Shown piece after piece: positions 13,781 through 27,929 of a DNA stretch of 64,000 nt (position 1 is its first letter; every line of letters starts with the position of its first letter). The stretch comes from Lama guanicoe. Lineage: Eukaryota. Where the stretch lies: the NCBI GenBank assembly GCA_013239625.1, contig MU054400.1, positions 1,595,146 to 1,659,145 on the forward strand. Reading direction: 5' to 3'. Made by a program: the position numbers and the translations under genes. A model generated the notes under the pieces. The model saw only the letters and a list, made by a program, of their open reading frames with translations, searched no databases and was not told the DNA's origin.

Positions 13781-15147
13781 ACCCTGGAAATTTCCAAGGT
13801 TACATGGTGACTGAGCTGGGGTTCAAACTCAGTCTGATACTACAGACCACACAGTCCACCATTACATTATATTGCTCCCCAGTTGTGTTAAACATCTGAA
13901 CCTTGGCAGAAGAAACAGGATTCAAAATCATTCCATACAACTATGAAATACTGCAAAGTGTAAGGTATATATTAACCTGAAGCTTACTTAAGCATGGCCC
14001 TGAGGTGTGTCCATGTAGCTATAAACTTGACCAGGTTTGCTCTTAAAAATCAACTGCTCGATGTGTACAAAGGCCAATTATGATTCAAAAGAACAGCTCA
14101 AGTGAAGCAATATTAATATACCTGCAGGAGCAAGTTGCTTTATTTGGTGATACAAGACACAGAAAGCTGCCATCACTTCTCCCATCAGAACTGAGTGCAA
14201 ATATTGGCCGCAATAGTGAGCCATTTTTATTAAAGAGCAGAAAAAACTCTCCTCTTAGAATGTCCCACAAAATTTCAATGCCCAACAGGATCATTAACTT
14301 CTTTACCTTTGGCCATTCACTGACCACCAGCAGTATACAAAGCATAGCAACTTTCTGGTTAATAGGAACCTGCCTGTCTGTCAAGGATGGCCACTGAGAT
14401 ACTGTGACTGAGAGACCTTGCTGCTTGGCTAACTGCACAGCAATAAAATGTTCAGAATCAGCTGTCTCAGAAGATATCTTAATTTCTGAAAATTTCTAAA
14501 ATAAGAAAGAAACGCCATGTCTGTAAATTCTCTTGGGTCCTTTCTTGGTGCTGGTACTGTACAGAATTTCAGGAACAGCTTACGGTGTACACACAGTTTA
14601 ATTACAGAAAAAGCCTGCCACCAGCAGGAACTATGCTACATGGTTACCTGCTGTGCAGGAGGCTAGCTGGGTACTCATGTATCCCGTTTCTTACTAGAGG
14701 GCACACAGGGGAGAACTGACTCCCCAGAACCCCAGGCAGGTAGGTCGGAGCCACGTGACTAGTTGTGGCCACTGGGATGGGGGCAGAAATGATGTGTTTC
14801 CATGCCTGGCTCCTAGAATCCTCTGTAAGATCTTTAGCTCATATTCTCATTATCCATATCTATGTCTATTTCTCTCTCTCTCTCTCTTTCTCTCTCCTAC
14901 TCTGCCTCCCTCCTTACTTCCTCATCCTCATGGCTGAGGTGAAAAACTCTGGTGTGGCAAAGCCATGTGATGAGATGTGTTTGAATCACTACGCTGCGAG
15001 AAACTGCTCGGGAAGGATTCCCCACCACCTCAATCTTCCTAACACATGAGAGAGAAATGAGGTTGTATTCTGTAGTGCCTAAGGCTTGGACGTACTTTGT
15101 TACAGTCATCTTGAGCTATAAAAAAAAAAAAAGGTGGCTTTATAGCT

Positions 15148-15424
15148 TCCTATTTTTTTTTTATCATATTCCAGATTAAATTACTTTCTTGCCTGCTTCC
15201 TTGATAGCTTCATATTAACTAAGTAATAAAACTTCTACGACCAGGGTAAGTGTTTACTGCCACCATCCGCTTCCCTTCAAGGGAAATCCTATTTTTTTTT
15301 TATCATCTTCCAGATTAAATTACTTTCTTGCCTGCTTCCTTGATAGCTTCATATTAACTAAGTAATAAAACTTCTACGACCAGGGTAAGTGTTTACTGCC
15401 ACCATCCGCTTCCCTTCAAGGGAA
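15148..15424. repeat. Tandem duplication, 2 copies, period 139 bp
   Basis: 15148-15285 and 15287-15424 are identical except one substitution (catatt/catctt). Confidence 0.95.
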
Positions 15425-17909
15425 CAAAAGACTACTCTGAAGCATTCATGTACTGAAGCAGACATTTATCAAGCACCTTATATATGCAGCCCCGGCAGTG
15501 ACGTCAGCATTTACATGTGCTATTTACTTAACCCTCACAGCCCTATGAAGAAGTTATCACTGGATCCCATTTACCACAGAGGAAACTGAGGTAGAAAGAG
15601 GTGAGTATCATCCTGGTATCGGAGCCAGGATTCCAGCTCAGCCCATCGGGCTCCAGAGTCTACCGCTCCAGGGAGGAGCTAGCTCTTCATGCCAAAAGTA
15701 AGCGCCAGCCTGCTTTTCAGGGATCCCAAGATTTTTTTCAAAATTATTTCAGAGGAGAACAGATATTATTGTTACAAGGACTGCCCACATCACAAAGGGA
15801 CTCCTTTAAAGAATGAAAGCATGACTAAGATTATAATGAGATACTCTTATAAATTCTTATTTACCTAAGCTATTTGGGCAAAGCACTGCTGGACACAGTG
15901 AGGCACACTCTCACCTCCCCCTCCTTTTGCCTGCTTGCTTCATTTGGTCTGTATCTGTGAAACGAGAGAACTATCTGGATTATGCCGAAAGTCTGCAATG
16001 CAATGCACTTGGTGATTTTCACACCTGATGCAAAAACAAACAAACAAACAAAATACTTTATCCTAACAAAAGATAATACCTGGCCCCTCTATGTAACATT
16101 TAAATGCTGCGCCCTGTACAGGCAGCTAAACACCTACAGATTCTTCAGCTCAACCTACCGGATGCCATCACTTGGTGCCAAGACAGTCTATTGTTCTGCT
16201 CCTGAGACTGCAGGAGCCACCGGCCTCCCCTAGTGTCCTCACTCCTGACGTCAAAGGTTAAACAAGCAGACCGCACAATGCTGCTCACACAGCTCTGTTT
16301 TCTCCTGGGCCTGACCCTGGGTGGCTCCTCTGGGTGCTGAGAAAGATGCCTGGTAGTGACAGGGCTCTGAGCACTTTTAATTCATTAAGTCCAGGGCCTC
16401 ATTGAAGGCAGGTATGCTTGGATTCACAAATACCATATAGCGGACAAATACGAGGTAAAGATTAAGGGTCAGGTCACACGTGTTAGTCAGCCAAGACAAA
16501 AAACAGCCTCTGCTTCTGTGCGGAAAGAGCCACGAACATTAAAAATAATCTAATTTATGTCTGAAGGAAAGAGACTGAAAGAAATACAATCAGAGAAAAA
16601 TGCACCCTGGATTAAAAACCGGTTTTAGATGTTTAAAATCTGAGCCTTTTCATCTTCTTGGTCAGTAAATTACAAGACGATCTGTACTAAAGACAGTAAT
16701 AAACTGCTGATGAAAAATTCACAACTTAAAATTGTAAAATGAAATAGTAAGCATTGTAAATTTCATATATTCCCATTGAAGCCGAGAGGGAAATTATATG
16801 AATTTAGGAGGAAAAAAAATCAGGTATAGTTAAGATAGGTAAAAAAATTTTAAAGACCACACATTTCCATAGGATTAACATTTTACTTAGAAGGGCACAT
16901 ATCTGTCTACGTTTGTATTCGTAATGTAGTAAAGCCAGTATTTAGAATGCCTAGACACCTCTGGTCTCAGGACACCCCTGAGAAATAGTCAAGTGCAGGC
17001 AACACCACTCCAGATAAGGAACATGGTGACCCAATAGGGTTGGTAGGAAAACTGGCCCTTCTGCTTCCAAGCCTTGCTACTTGAAACACTGAAATAAGAG
17101 AGCTAACCTATTTATTCAAACTGTAGGTTATATAGATCTAAAACCCTAAATGGTTTTCTGTGGACAAAAGCAAACAGTATTCAGTACCAATGTCTACATC
17201 ATTCTATTTTAGGGACGGCTGTTAGGAAACTGACACTATGACCCTAACACCTGAGCATGGGCAATTAAATATCCATGCAATCCAAAGGGTACCATGTTAG
17301 ATCCTGGAAAGAAAAATGCTAAGAAACAGACTGAGTTCTTCCCCTCATTAGGCTCACCATGAAGATTAAGTACAAGATGCTCTGACAGCACAGAGCAGGT
17401 GGACATGACCAAGCCTTGGGGGATGATGACCTGAAAGGTGAGTAGATGTCAATGGGCAGAAGTGGGGTGGGAGTGGCCTGTCCCAGGAACCAACAACCAC
17501 AAGCTGACAGGATTGGGGGCAGGGGAGGGGCCAGCAGCAGTTCCCGTAAGTGGAAGAAGCTGGTGAGGCAGGAGAGCTCAGGGTGGGAGAAGGCGCCACA
17601 GCAGCAGACGGGGGAGAAGCCAGCGGGAGGCGGATGACCGCACAGGGCCCGGAAGCACCGTAAAGACAAGGGAGGGGGCAGTTATTCTGAGAAGGTGGTA
17701 AGACCCTGGGAGGTTTGAAGGAAGAGATGACATCATCTTCACAAAGTTTTGGTTGATGTAGAGAATTAAACAGAATTCTGAAACAAGTCTACAGAAAAGG
17801 TAAATCTAAGTCTAGCATAATTGAATCCAGAAATGTGGGACTTCAGGAGTCTTCCCTAGTTTGTACTTTATTATAGAATGTGTAAAATTACAGATAACTA
17901 AAATCTGAT

Positions 17910-19472
17910 CATATAGACAAACAGATCAGTGGAACAGAACAGAGAGCCCAGAAAGAGACCCACATAAATACAGTCAGCTGATCTTTGACAAAGGAGAAAA
18001 GACAACACAGTGAAGCAAAGATAGTCTTTTCAACAAATGGTGTTTGTGCAACTGGACATCCACATGTAAAATAACGAACCCAGACATAGATCGTACACCC
18101 TTCATAAAAACTAACTGGAAATGGATCACAGACATAAACATACAATGCAACGCTATCATATTCCTAGCAGATAACCCTAGGAGAAAACCTGGATGATTGT
18201 GAATATGGTGATGCCATCGCAGATACAACACCGAAGGCACGATCTGTGAAAGAAATAATCGATAACCTGAACTTCGCTGAAGTTAAACACTGCTCTGCAA
18301 AGACAACTCAAGAGAATAAGACAAGCCACAGACCAGGAGAAAACATGCGCAGAAGACACCATCTGATAAAGAACTACTATCCAAAATGTACAAAGAACTC
18401 TTAAAACTCAACAAGAAAAATAACCTAATTAAAAAACTGGTCAAAGACCTTAACCAACACCTTGTCAAAGAAGACATACAGATGGCAAATAAGCATAAAA
18501 AAGGTATACTCTACACAATATCTCATCAGGGAAATACTAATTAAAACAACAAACTATCACTACACACCTATTACAATGGCTAAAATCCAGGACACTGACA
18601 ACACTAAATGCTAATAAGGATGTGGAGCAACAGAACTCTCATTCATTTCTATTGGGAAAGCAAAATGGTGCAGCCATTTTGAAGGCAGTTTGGCAAATTT
18701 CAACAAAACAAAGCATTCTTTTACCGTATGATCCAGCAATTGTGCTCCCTGTCATTTACCCAAAGGAGTATTTATTCATTTTGCCGAAACCTGGAAGTAA
18801 CCAAGGTGTCCCTTAGTAGGTGAACAGATTAATGAAAATATATGCCCACACGGATGTTTATACTAGATTTATTCATTATTGCCGAAACCTGGAAGTAACC
18901 AAGGTGTCCCTTAGTAGGTGAACAGATTATAATAAACTGTGGTGCATCCTGACAATGGAGTATTATTCAGCACTAAAAAGAAATGAGCTATCAAGCCACG
19001 CAAAGACACAGAGGAACTTCAAATGCATGTTACTAAGTGAAAGAAGCCAATCTGAAAAGACTACATACTTTATGATTCCAACTATATGACATTCTGGAAA
19101 AGGCAACACTTGGAGACAGTAAAAATATCAGTGGTTGCCAGTGGCTGGATGAGTGGGCAGAGCACAGAGGATTTTTAACGCAGTGAAAATACTTTGTATG
19201 GCATTATAATGATGGATACATGTCATTATACATGTGTCCAAACCCGTAGAACGTACATCAAGAGCAAACGCTAAAGTGAAATAAGGAATTTGGGTGATAA
19301 TGATGTATAAAAGTAGAGTCATCAGTTGTAACAAATGTACCGTCTGGCGAGGGTTGTTGGTGACGGGGGAGGCTGTGCATGTGCAGGGGAAGAGGGTATA
19401 TGGGTAGTCTCTGTACATGCCTCCTCATTTTGCTATGAACTTGAAACTGCTCTAAAAAATAAAGTCTTTTTA
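17910..19472 (+). mobile_element. 5'-truncated L1MC-like LINE with retained TSD
   Basis: L1 ORF2 3' motifs and an L1MC-type 3' UTR; 10-bp TSD aaaatctgat at 17900-17909 and 19473-19482. Confidence 0.9.
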
Positions 19473-20865
19473 AAAATCTGATAGTTTATTTTTCTATAGG
19501 AGTAAGAATAATGAGTGTATTCCCTCTAAGGTGACACCAGCTGATCTTTCTTGATGCTGCGAAAAAACCATCCTGTCATTTAGCCAGTTGAGGGGAAAGG
19601 CTTAGCTAACTCTTTCCCCCATACGAGTTAAGTAAAAACGAATAATTTCAAAATGTGCCTTTATTACATAGTACACATACTTCCAGAATAAACCCCAACT
19701 AACTGGAAGATAAATTCCAATGGCCAGATCTAGCCACGCGGCTGAACAGGGCAGCATTGGTTCTCTTTCTGAAGTTCAAGTCTTGCTGCACAGACAGGAT
19801 GTGCCTCTGCCCACGAACAGCTGTGCCCCGGCCGCCTAACTGGAAGTGATTCTGGTCTGTGTTCTCACAATAGGTTTGGCTCTTCATTAACTCAGTTACA
19901 TGGAATAGTGACCTGGCGCTCCCTTCTAGAGAAAACAAACAATGGTCTATTCAATCTGGTTCCGCCACCCCACAGACTGGGAAAGACAACTGGTCTAGTG
20001 GCCTGGGCTTTTCTCAGCTCTGTTTTGTGGCTGCTGAGTCAGAGAATGATCTAGTCCAGGTATTCAACCACCAGTGCCTCGCCCAGGGCCCCAGCCCGAA
20101 AACAGCCCCTACAGTCAGCTTCCTTCTGGATTCACGTCTGCCCACAAAATATTTTACTTGCCTCAGTACTTATTTGGGTAACATTCCCCAAAAGGCTGTA
20201 AAATGGAAATTTCCTGGAAGACAAGTGTGTTAACTAGGTTTATTCAAAGCCTAGAGACATTTCAAGTTGCAAATTGCTTCCTATTTAGAATCACTGAAAT
20301 TTAGTTTCTGGAAATTTGCCAATGAAGGGAGGAAGACAGAGCTAGCCAGAGGCATGTGCTGAAGGTTTAGGGACTTGAAACAGCTGAGGGCTTCTGAAGT
20401 CATGAAGGAATAGCATATAGGGTAAATGTAACAGCCTGATTAACTCAAATGCTTCCTCCCCACATCCTGGCTTCACGACCCAGGGCTTCCTGACACTTAA
20501 CCTCTGAGCTCCAGTTTTCATGGTCATAAAGTGACTAAAGGACTGGAAACTACCATGGAATGTGAGGATGAACCCTCCTGAAGCACATATGATGTGCAGG
20601 CACACTGTACGTCATCAGTGACTGTTAGCCCCTGTTACAAGTTGTTACTCCTCCTGACTCCTCTACCCAAAGGAGGTGGAGGGAAGTAGGTGGTTATCTC
20701 CTGTCTGCTTCTGTGCTGTGTTTTGGAAAAGGGCTGAAAGGAAGACAGCATGTGGTGTGGAAGCCCCACGGACAGAAATGTCATCTTATGGGGCCAGTAC
20801 AGAGGAAACTGAAAAAAAGAGAAGCAGGTCACATCTGAGGTCAGTCTGCAAAGCTTATGTAATCT

Positions 20866-21060
20866 AGGGGTCAGTAAACCTCTTCTGTAAAGCACCAGGT
20901 ATATAAAATATTTACCATCTCTGTCACAACTACTTAACTCTGCCATTATAGCACGAAAGCAGCCATAGACAATAATCAATGGATGAATTTGGTTGTGTGC
21001 CATTAAAACTTTATTTACACAAACAGGAAGAGGGCCAAGTGGGCCTTACTTTGATCCCTG
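20866..21060 (+). mobile_element. MER58-like hAT-Charlie DNA transposon
   Basis: taggggtcagtaaac...tctgccattatagcacgaaagcagccatagacaat...aaaactttatttac. Confidence 0.8.
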
Positions 21061-22347
21061 TTACAGTCTATTCGCATAAGGCCCTGAGCACAGGAAAGGG
21101 GCTGGGGCAATGCAGAGCTAACCCTTCTGTCACCAGGAAAACAGGCCGTCGCTCACATCCTGCTCCTAGGTCCACATCAAATTTTTTCACTTATGGACAT
21201 CACATCATCAGTGTGCTCTGCATGTGGGCGTGGATACGTGAGAACATGTACCTCTTCACTGCTGAGGACTGGCCTTATAACGCATATTCTCCCTTCCAAT
21301 ATTCTCTTCTATCAACTTACCTTGAGTTGAGTTAAACGTAGGCATAATCTAGTGACGTTGCTGCAACTAGGTGTATTATCGTTATTTTGCACTGAAAATT
21401 TCTATTTGGCAAGAAAGATAGGGGCTGGGGAGAAAAATAAAGGGCACTATGTCAGTTTCTATGCAAAAACTTCCCTTTAGATGACATCTGTCACCTTGCC
21501 AGTTTTGCCAGGAACAAACCCAGTTTAAGCTTGTCCTGTAGCCTATCCACTTCAGCATTTATCCATAATCTTCCCCTTTCTGTAATCAAAAAGTGCATTA
21601 ATAGTTAGCAACTGTTACTAAACTGTGCACTAACTATGCCTTAAAGTTACTAACAGCTGCATTAAAAGAAGCCAGGGTGAGTTGGCGGATCTGCACTTTT
21701 TACCTCCGGCATTCACCTAGTAGTGAGTGAGACATCCGTGGAGTGAAAAGACTTACCATTAGCGTGCGGCTAAATCAGAAGACAACCAGTGATAAACCCA
21801 TCTCTCCTTTCCTGGCTCTTTCCAGACACAATGTAACTAAGACTTTCCTTTCAGGAGCAGGAAACAGAATAGTCACTGATAAAACAAATTAAGCATGGAC
21901 AAGAGAAGCTGGAGACAGGTAACCCCTACAGGTTTCAGATGGTGATGGAGAAAGGCGGACAGGGCTGCCCTGCGGGCCACCTGGAGAACCCATTGTGCCG
22001 CTACCTGCCAGACAGTGCTGCTGGGCAGCCATCTGGCCCACTCAATGGGAAATTAGGAAGTTACAGGTACGGTGTACATGAATTAGGTACGGAAGACAGA
22101 AGTCGGACTGTCCTGCCACAGGGCAATAGAAAGTAACCACAATGTTCTCCCTACTGTGATTTAACTATTTTTAGTATGGCTTAAATGTATAACCGGTTAT
22201 TTTACTGGATGGTAATGCTTTATATTTTGCAATAAACCCTTTTAGCAACAATGATCTCACAAAACAAAGGTGCACCCTTAATACAATGTTGTCCTTTCCT
22301 CAAGAAAGATGGTGATAAATGTGTAACTTGCATGAGATATTTAACTG

Positions 22348-22630
22348 TCACAGCCAAGAGGAGCCTAAGGAGACATGACAACTAAGTGCAGTGTGGTGTC
22401 CTGGGTGGAATGATGGAGTCAGAAAAGGGCATTAGGGAACAGCTGAGAAAATCTGAATAAAATACGGACTTTAGTTACTAACACTGTATCAGTACCATTT
22501 AATTAATTTTGACAAATGCACCACACCAATGCAAGATGTTACTAATGAAGGAAAGTGGGTGCAGGTTATATGGGAACTCTCTGTACTATGGTCACAATTT
22601 TTCTGTAAACCTGAAAACATCCTTTAAAAA
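22348..22630 (+). mobile_element. Old L1M (L1MC/MD-type) 3' UTR fragment
   Basis: ggagcctaaggagacatgacaactaagtgc...tatgggaactctctgtacta...ttctgtaaacct. Confidence 0.75.
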
Positions 22631-23835
22631 TTGTATACGATCTGCTATGGCCTTCTTTAAAGTCTTTCTCAAAGGTTACAAGAGTTTGTTCTGAAAATCA
22701 TGTAACCAAATGAGAATTTCTGTTCTATGGCATCTTTGAAATATTTTAAAACTATTTGTATACATGTAGTTTGTTTAGTTACTGTACAAAAATACCATAG
22801 AAAAAATTTTAATTTACTTTTAACTTGAAGAATCATTGATTTTTACCTACCTTCCTTGCTATCTAACCATCAAACCAAAGATAAACTAATAATGGTTTTC
22901 TGGTGTCTCCGTTTTATGCAGAGATGGACGAAAAAACATCAAACTAAAGCAAACTTAGTTGTAGAGATTTTCTTACAAATTTTCTTGAACACATTTCCCC
23001 CTTAAAATAAAATGTTGTTGACAACTTCAATTTCAACATTTCAACAGTTAAAACCCTTGGAGAGGTTCCTGGTTTCATTCAATGATGCCTGGGGTGTATT
23101 TTCCACAAGGAGGAAGTTCCCTGAGATGCACTCCCCTGCTCATCAGCTTTGTACTTCATTCAGTCCCCAGCAACCAGCAGGAAAGTTTAATCACTCTTTC
23201 TTTTGATTTTCTGAAGAACTGAAGGGTGATTTTCTGGAATGTGATTAAAAAAAGAAAGTAGCCAAAAATCCAATTGAATTCTGACTTTTTCCACATCATT
23301 CCAGGGTCAGATGCCCTGAAAACTAGTCCACGTTGTGTTCCCAGAGCACAGCCCACTCAGAGAGCAAACAGCCTTCAGATCTGCAAACACCACTGTCTCC
23401 TGAAGGAATCTGACCTCAATCGCTCAGGAGAGCCGAGAAAGAAAAACCGGTCTTCTCTTAAATGAGTCATCATCTTAACACACAGGTTCATCAGATAAGG
23501 ACAAAGCAACTTCGGTCAGCTGGGTATTCACATTTATCTCCATTTACATTTTTCATCCCAAATCTTTACTCTTCCCCGGTTTCCAGTTCTGGTTCCCTGA
23601 GGTGTGAGCTGCCCCCTCTCACCTGTGTGGATAACATCCCTTCTGGGCAGTACAACTGGCCTAAAGTCTACTAAACAAAATGGAAATGAATGCTGAATGG
23701 TCGCTTTACATAAGTGGTATTAAAGAAGGAGCTGTCATAAAGTTATTACAATAATCTGCTTGAGCGGGCAAGGAGAACCCACAAAGCGGTCATATCTGTT
23801 TACCTCCACGTACAGTTTTGTAAATATCCCTGTAT

Positions 23836-23930
23836 AGATATAGAGAGACAGAGACAGAGATAGAGATATAGAGATAGATAAAGATACACACAAAGATAGA
23901 TAGGCAGACAGACAGACTGATAGATAGATG
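23836..23930. repeat. Degenerate (GATA/GACA)n microsatellite
   Basis: Direct reading of the sequence. Confidence 0.8.
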
Positions 23931-26867
23931 CCCCCAGTTCTGAAGGCAGAAAAGGCAGAGAACCTCCGGAAAGCCAGTGGCTAGCACACGGATAGGCCCA
24001 AAGCCAGTGCCAAAGGTCAGCATCACACACAAAAACACCTCTGAACCCCTTCCAGGACTGAGGTCCCACCCACTATCGTGCCTCAAGGCTAGAACAAATC
24101 TTTACCTCCTTGGATGAGCATCAGATGCTACTGACCATATGAGTGAAAAAAATACACTTATCTTCAGACACTACAAACACAGTCCAAAGCACCCAGCTGC
24201 TCCCATTTTCAAGAGCTCAGATTAAACCGAGAAGAGCTGATTTAACTCTCACATCTCAAGCTGGCTCAGGGCCATGTACTCATCGAGTGGGAACAGAGGG
24301 GAAACTGAGGCACTGCCTAATCAATCAGTTAGTGTCTCTCCATCTGTCTATCGGTCTTCCGCCTCCTCTCACTCTGTCCCCCTCTCTTTCTCTGTGTCTC
24401 CAGCCCTCTCTCTGTGTGTATTTCTCTCTCTTTGGGTCCATCTTGCCAAGCACTGTACCATGGATGTGAAGTGCGCTTCTAATGCAACCACGTGATTACA
24501 AAAGAGGACAATCAGAGGGAAAAGCCCTGAAGTGGAACCCAAGCAAGGGAAATGTAAAAGAAATCCTGACCAGCGCCGAAACTATGCCTCTGCTTAGCTG
24601 CAGTTCTGTGTTTTTTAAAATGTCCTCGTAAGTGGGATTGGTGTTCAACTGGTGCTCTTTTCCTCTCTGTCAGTTACAGGGACGTGATCCAGCAGCCTGT
24701 TTTCACAATCCATATACAGCTCACACGTGGGTAGCTCCGGTTCTCCTCAATTAAATTTCTTGTTTCTAAATTATTCAACAAAAGCTTCTTCAACACTATG
24801 CATGCTCATACAAACCATGTGAAACAGCTCACCACACAGGTATGATTTTGGTGCCTAGACAAATCCCTCCCTAGTCCTGTTTAGCAGGTCACCAGTCGCA
24901 CTACCCCTGTTACACCAGAGACACCCACCCGGGGTATGTTCCTGATCCGGCTTTTGTGGCATAACCAGTGCCCATCACAAATCCACTGTGGTTCCGGTGC
25001 CAGCTGAACCCTCTGTGTCTGTTTGTGAGAATGTGTGGTTCTAAGTTAATTTATCAAAGTCAATCAGTCCACAAATGACACTTAAAATCGCTACAAACAG
25101 AACTAAGAAAACACTGAAAAGTTTCAGCACTGACTGGAGGAGATGAACTCCTGCCATCCCTCTGTCTCGGTCAGATGCTTAGTGTGCACAGCATCTTCTC
25201 TCCTTGCCAGTCTCTGAACACACCAGCTCTCGCCAGGAACTTGAAAGTACAGGGAGGGAACCAACAAAAGAAATGAAGAGAATGCAGGCAGCACAAACTA
25301 ACCACATTCTCAGTATATGAAGCAAGGAATCACAAGCTTATTCGATTCATTCAGCAAATATTTACTCAGTACATGATTGAGCACCTACTGGGTACAAACT
25401 TCCCTTTCACCAAGATAACACCCCTGGCACGAGAAATCGGTTAGGCTGGGTTATTACAAGTCTGCACTCTCTCCCCACTTCATGGATTTTTCTTGGCCGG
25501 ATACAATCCTCCTTCTGGAATTCTCTTACATAACTACACTGCCTTGCCCGTTCTGGCTTCACCCGCTGGCTGACCTACTTCCAGCTTACTAGGGAGGGGT
25601 GACCGCCTGTCCTGACCCTCTGGACCTATTACACCTGCCCAGCTCAGATTAACAGGTCACATGGCTGCTCAGGACCCGCCCCTCCCCAGCCTGTAGGGAA
25701 AGGGGTCCCTCAGTTTTCTCAGAGAAAAGGAACTTAAGAATGTGTTAGTACACAACCCAGAGACTATTTTTATCCTTTCAAAATGCAATATGATTTTCTC
25801 TCCAATATCACAATTATTGATGATTGGGGATTTTAATCCAAATATGCTTAATATTTTGATCTAAGAGTGTGAATGATCTTTGAAAGGGAAATCATTACCA
25901 TGTTTTGCCTCTACAGGAACCAAACATTTTTATATCTGATATCTGGTACTTCCCCAAGCTGGACATGAATGCTCAGGTAAGGGATGGGTCAGCGGGCCAC
26001 CTGGGGGAAGATGGAGTGCCAGGTGGGAAACAAACCACCAGATGAAATGACACACCTTCCCAGAGAGAGAATTTCCTCCTAGAAGAAAATACAGTATTTT
26101 ATGTTAAAATAAGCCCCACTATATTATAAGTTAAATGAACAAATATGTAATTTTTTAAGATTAAAAACTCAAGATTTCACAGAAAGTCCCTGCTTACAGC
26201 AGTCTGTCAGGCTAAGTCCATGAGATATGGGGTTTCCTGCAAATAACTCTCCTGCCTTTACACGTTCTCCCAGGAAAGTTTTGAGAAACGTTTTACCCAC
26301 ACTATGAACTTCTTGAGGGCATGAACTACATCTCCTCCTCTTCATTTCCAGGGACCTAGGATACTACCCTAGCCAGTGTTGGGCACAAAGCAGGCACTCA
26401 ATAATGTTTGCAGAATTAATTTGGCTGAAATAATGGCAATGGCATTGTCAATAACAACAGATTTTTATCACGTTTGAATGGGAGGCAGGGAAAGTGAACA
26501 GCTGTATGAGGAAGTGGAATAGGAGCCACCCAATTTACCAAAATAGTTCATAGCTGCCATGGGAACAATCAGACAGGGCAACTCAGTTTAGTTCTTTTCC
26601 ACTTCAACAAGTAGAGGAAGGCAAATATTGTACTTGTTAATCTCACAGAAGACGGGGGGTGGGGCTTAGGACACAAGTCTACCAGGTGACACCGGTGCCA
26701 TTAAATTTAATAACATCTGAAAAGTTGTTGAGGCATCATGATAATAATAATGTCACCAATAATATTAAGTTCTGGTTTGTATGCTGATCCAAAGAAGGTC
26801 ATTTTGATCATTTAAAGGAAGTGTCAGATATTTGCCGCTGATACTTGACAACTCTAAAAAGGAGTTC

Positions 26868-26894
26868 TGTGTATGTGTGTGTGTGTGTGTGTGT
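26868..26894. repeat. (TG)n microsatellite
   Basis: Direct reading of the sequence. Confidence 0.9.
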
Positions 26895-27929
26895 AAAATA
26901 TGGTGTGGGCTCACCTATCCTTATCCCTAATATTGTTACCTTTTTTAATTACCTGGATCCAAACCAAGCTACAGATGAAAGATGATTCAAAGTACATGGC
27001 TTATAGCAAAGTTTACATTTTTCTACTTCCCCGGTGGAGACACTGCATTTTCACTCATTCGTAAATAACAGAAAAGATGGGTATCACACCCACTTTCTCT
27101 ACACAGTCCCTCTTATATTGCGATGAGTCACTTTCTATGCCCAGTATTCCCTGAACTTCCCAAACCGGAGGGAGAAGTTGGGCGGAGAAGGAAGTGAGGA
27201 CTCCCAGCCCTGCAGGTCTAAGCTGTAAATGGGTGAGCCCAGCGACTGCTGCCTTCCAGGGCTATTTCCTCTTCTGTCTTACGTCTTAGATACGTGAACT
27301 GCCAACCAAAATGATGCCTTTCATATCTTCCAAATAATGAAAGCTAGAGATTCATAAAATTTCAAAGAAACTCCAGAGAGCAGAAAAGCATTTTATATTA
27401 TTAACATGTTTGTGGCACCTGAGGAAGCAGTGAAAACAGCTCAAGACATACCATGAGTACCGGCAGAGACAGATGTAAATTAAACTCAATTAAACCTGAA
27501 CATCTTTCCCTCAATGCCCCGAACCTGCAGGCACCCTCCTTTTGCCTTAGAGTTAAGTAACTTGATATTGTTATTTCTGTCAGAGCCACAGGAGTAGAGA
27601 ATTTATTGTATGATTTAACTATTTCATTCTGTGTATAAAAAATGAGTTTTTCAGATCACAACATCTGGGATCAAATGTTGCTCTTTTACTGACTCCTCAA
27701 GTCCCCTAACGTCTTTAGATCTAAATTTCTCCATCAGTCAGAGATAAGAAAGTCCATCTTCCCAAGGTTATTCTGGAAATTAAACTAATGAACTTGTAAA
27801 ATGCCTAGCACATAGTGGGCATCAATGAACATTTATGCGCAGCAATATAAATGCACAACAATGTCTTGTTTTCTACGGTGTAGCAGGACAATGACAAATA
27901 CAAAAACTACTACGGAGAATGCCAAATTG

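Noticed and set aside
14080..14438. Overlapping ~105-117 aa ORFs on both strands in intron 1
   Set aside because: No recognisable domain or convincing splice context; consistent with chance.
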